DNA of 64,000 nucleotides from Candidatus Falkowbacteria bacterium RIFOXYA2_FULL_47_19 (GTDB lineage: Bacteria > Patescibacteriota > Patescibacteriia > Patescibacteriales > UBA12075), in contig MFGB01000020.1 of the NCBI GenBank assembly GCA_001780275.1, positions 40,813-104,812 on the forward strand, read 5' to 3'. Position numbers and translations under genes: made by a program. The notes below the pieces were generated by a model that saw only the letters and a program-made list of their open reading frames with translations, was not told the origin of the DNA and did not search any database. Numbering within the stretch: position 1 is the stretch's first letter; the number at the start of each line of letters is the position of its first letter. This document shows, in pieces, positions 62,250-64,000 of this stretch.

Positions 62250-63443
62250 TTATTTATTTATCGCTTCATCAAATCTTTCCGCCATCGCTTTCAGGGAAAA
62301 ATCCTTAACGACCCTTTCCCGTCCGGCCTGCCCCAGGCAAGAGCGCAAAGACCTGTCTTTATAAAGCCTGATTATGCTTTGCGCCAACGGCTCGCTGTCA
62401 TCGGTTTCATTAAACAACGCGCCGGAGCGAGAATCAATAAAATCCTCCAGGCCGATGCCGGACGGCCCGATAACCGGCAGGCCCGCGGCGGAAGCCCTAA
62501 GAACCGTCCTGATATCGGAAAATTTCAAATAATCGCTGGCGCTCACGAAAACATCGAAATTATCGAACCATTTCTGCAAGCGTTTCTGTTCTCCCACAAA
62601 CCAGACCAAACCGTCGATTCCCATTTTTTTAGCCAGCCAACCGGACGCCTTGCGTTCTTTTCCGTCTCCGATAACGATAAGCTGCAGGTTGGGGATAACC
62701 GTCAGGCACCTCCTGACCGCCTGAAGAAGGGTTTCCAGCCGTTTTTTTTCGTTAAGATCCAAAACGGTGCCGACCGTGAAAAATTTCCGCTTGGTCTTTT
62801 TGTGCTCGGTTTCCGCCAGTTGGTCGAAAATATTGTCTTGTTCCCCGGAACCGTCTATCTTTAAGCCTGGCGCCACGGAAAAGATCAATGATTTTTTAAT
62901 GCCAACGGCCGCCAATTCGTTTTTGGTTAATCCCGAAAAAACCACCAGGCGGGCAAAGCGGGAACAGGCGCGGAAAAGCCAGCGCGAGAACCGGCTCTTC
63001 AGATTCAGTTCTCCGGGAAGTTCTATCCAAAAAATTTTCAAACGCAACAACGCGGCCGCCGGAGTTACAATGATCTTTTCCGGCCAGCTATAGCAGACGA
63101 CTGCCCGTATATTATTTCGTCTTTTTCGGAAAAAAAGAAAAAACAGGAAAATAAAAAAATAAAAAGGCCAAAGAAGCAAAAACGCCACGGATGAAAAAAG
63201 ACCATTGGCCGCGCGCGGAAAAATTGCGGGTTTTTTCGTCATCCAGGCTCCTTCGCTGACCGCCTGCAGGAACTGCCGGCTGCCGGTCATAAAATTAAAA
63301 GCGTAATTATCGCTCGCCAGTTCTTTAAATAGATCCATCGGCTCCGGAACCCCTGGGGTGGAATTTATTATTAAAATATTCTTTGTTGGCATAATCTTTT
63401 GAATATTTGATGATCGGGTATTCTTTGTGTTCTTGAAAATCAT
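62250..63443 (-). CDS. Glycosyltransferase (GT-B, GT4/GT1-like) with an internal hydrophobic segment
   Basis: C-terminal GLPVIGPSGIGLEDFI... resembles the GT-B nucleotide-sugar domain. ATGA overlap with the upstream flippase-like gene. Confidence 0.6.
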   Translation of the reverse strand: MIFKNTKNTRSSNIQKIMPTKNILIINSTPGVPEPMDLFKELASDNYAFNFMTGSRQFLQAVSEGAWMTKKPAIFPRAANGLFSSVAFLLLWPFYFFIFLFFLFFRKRRNNIRAVVCYSWPEKIIVTPAAALLRLKIFWIELPGELNLKSRFSRWLFRACSRFARLVVFSGLTKNELAAVGIKKSLIFSVAPGLKIDGSGEQDNIFDQLAETEHKKTKRKFFTVGTVLDLNEKKRLETLLQAVRRCLTVIPNLQLIVIGDGKERKASGWLAKKMGIDGLVWFVGEQKRLQKWFDNFDVFVSASDYLKFSDIRTVLRASAAGLPVIGPSGIGLEDFIDSRSGALFNETDDSEPLAQSIIRLYKDRSLRSCLGQAGRERVVKDFSLKAMAERFDEAINK

Positions 63444-64000
63444 TGCTTGCGCAAAAGCTCCGATATTTCTTCTTTGGTAATTCCTTTAAGAACATACAAC
63501 GACCCGAAATAAACGACAACCGACAGGCTAAGCGCCAATAACAGATTATCGTATCCCGAGATTCGCAAGGCAAGCAAAGACAGCGCCATAATTCCGGCGG
63601 CCATTATCGCCTTAAGCGTTCTTCCTAAGACCGGAAAAAAACCAGTATATTTTCGTACCAGGTACAGAGAGGCCAGGGCGATAGCGGCTTCCGAGTAGAT
63701 AGTCATCCAGGCCGCGCCAAAATAAGAAAAACGCGGTATAAACAACCAATAGCCCATCAATGCCGTAACGGCCGTAAAGGCGTAAGCGCCGATTATTTTT
63801 TTTTGCTTGTCTATAGCAATGACGGCATGAGCGAAGATATTTCCTAAAAATATGAAACCGGCCGCCCCGATAAGTATTTTTAGTATCGGGCCGGAAGGGG
63901 CGAAATCGTTTCCGGCCACGAACACCATTATGTCCTGGGCTAAAAATTGCGCCCCAACCACGAATGGGATGGTTAAAACGGATAACAAATCGAAAGATTT
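63440..64000 (-). CDS. C-terminal part of a polysaccharide-biosynthesis / MOP-type flippase (5' end outside window)
   Basis: Consecutive TM helices, and the frame stays open to the window edge. Confidence 0.5.
   Translation of the reverse strand, partial: KSFDLLSVLTIPFVVGAQFLAQDIMVFVAGNDFAPSGPILKILIGAAGFIFLGNIFAHAVIAIDKQKKIIGAYAFTAVTALMGYWLFIPRFSYFGAAWMTIYSEAAIALASLYLVRKYTGFFPVLGRTLKAIMAAGIMALSLLALRISGYDNLLLALSLSVVVYFGSLYVLKGITKEEISELLRKQ

Overview
This 64-kb window looks like a reduced bacterial genome. The gene content suggests a Candidate Phyla Radiation / Patescibacteria-type organism, but that assignment is inference, not proof. Stops TAA, TAG and TGA are all used, so the code is standard. 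Housekeeping genes are scattered in short runs: tig, ppaC, nusA, apt, rplS, tsaE, lspA, truB / infB-rbfA-nrnA-like, clpP, a cmk-like kinase and an RluA-family synthase. There are five tRNAs: Leu-TAA, Asp-GTC, Leu-GAG, Val-TAC and Cys-GCA. Many orphan genes lie between them.

The most striking feature is a same-strand tandem array of nine small two-TM proteins with VirB2/TrbC-type pilin architecture (39.8-44.1 kb). A 3D-domain wall hydrolase and a lipoprotein flank it on one side. On the other side are a polytopic GT-C-like membrane protein, a SAM methyltransferase, a GT2 glycosyltransferase and an 806-aa secreted C39-like/FG-GAP-like protein. No T4SS ATPase or channel gene is visible in the window.

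Other notable structure:
- A roughly 6.8-kb island is bounded by tRNA-Asp and a 25-nt direct repeat of its 3' end, and has an AT-rich core of orphan cassettes.
- A family of CACCCCGCC...GGCGGGGTG palindromic elements trails accessory genes.
- Two small GIY-YIG genes each sit next to a tRNA together with tRNA-derived fragments.
- The tRNA-Cys 3' end is reiterated, including a 103-bp tandem repeat, next to a cluster of DnaA boxes.
- A roughly 180-210-bp hairpin-rich repeat occurs twice.
- An SD-led small basic ORF is interrupted by two in-frame TAA codons.
- A terminator / anti-SD leader lies upstream of an MFS transporter.

No CRISPR array, rRNA, transposase or integrase was recognised. All functional calls come from motif recognition by eye in the translated ORFs. 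No database search was run.
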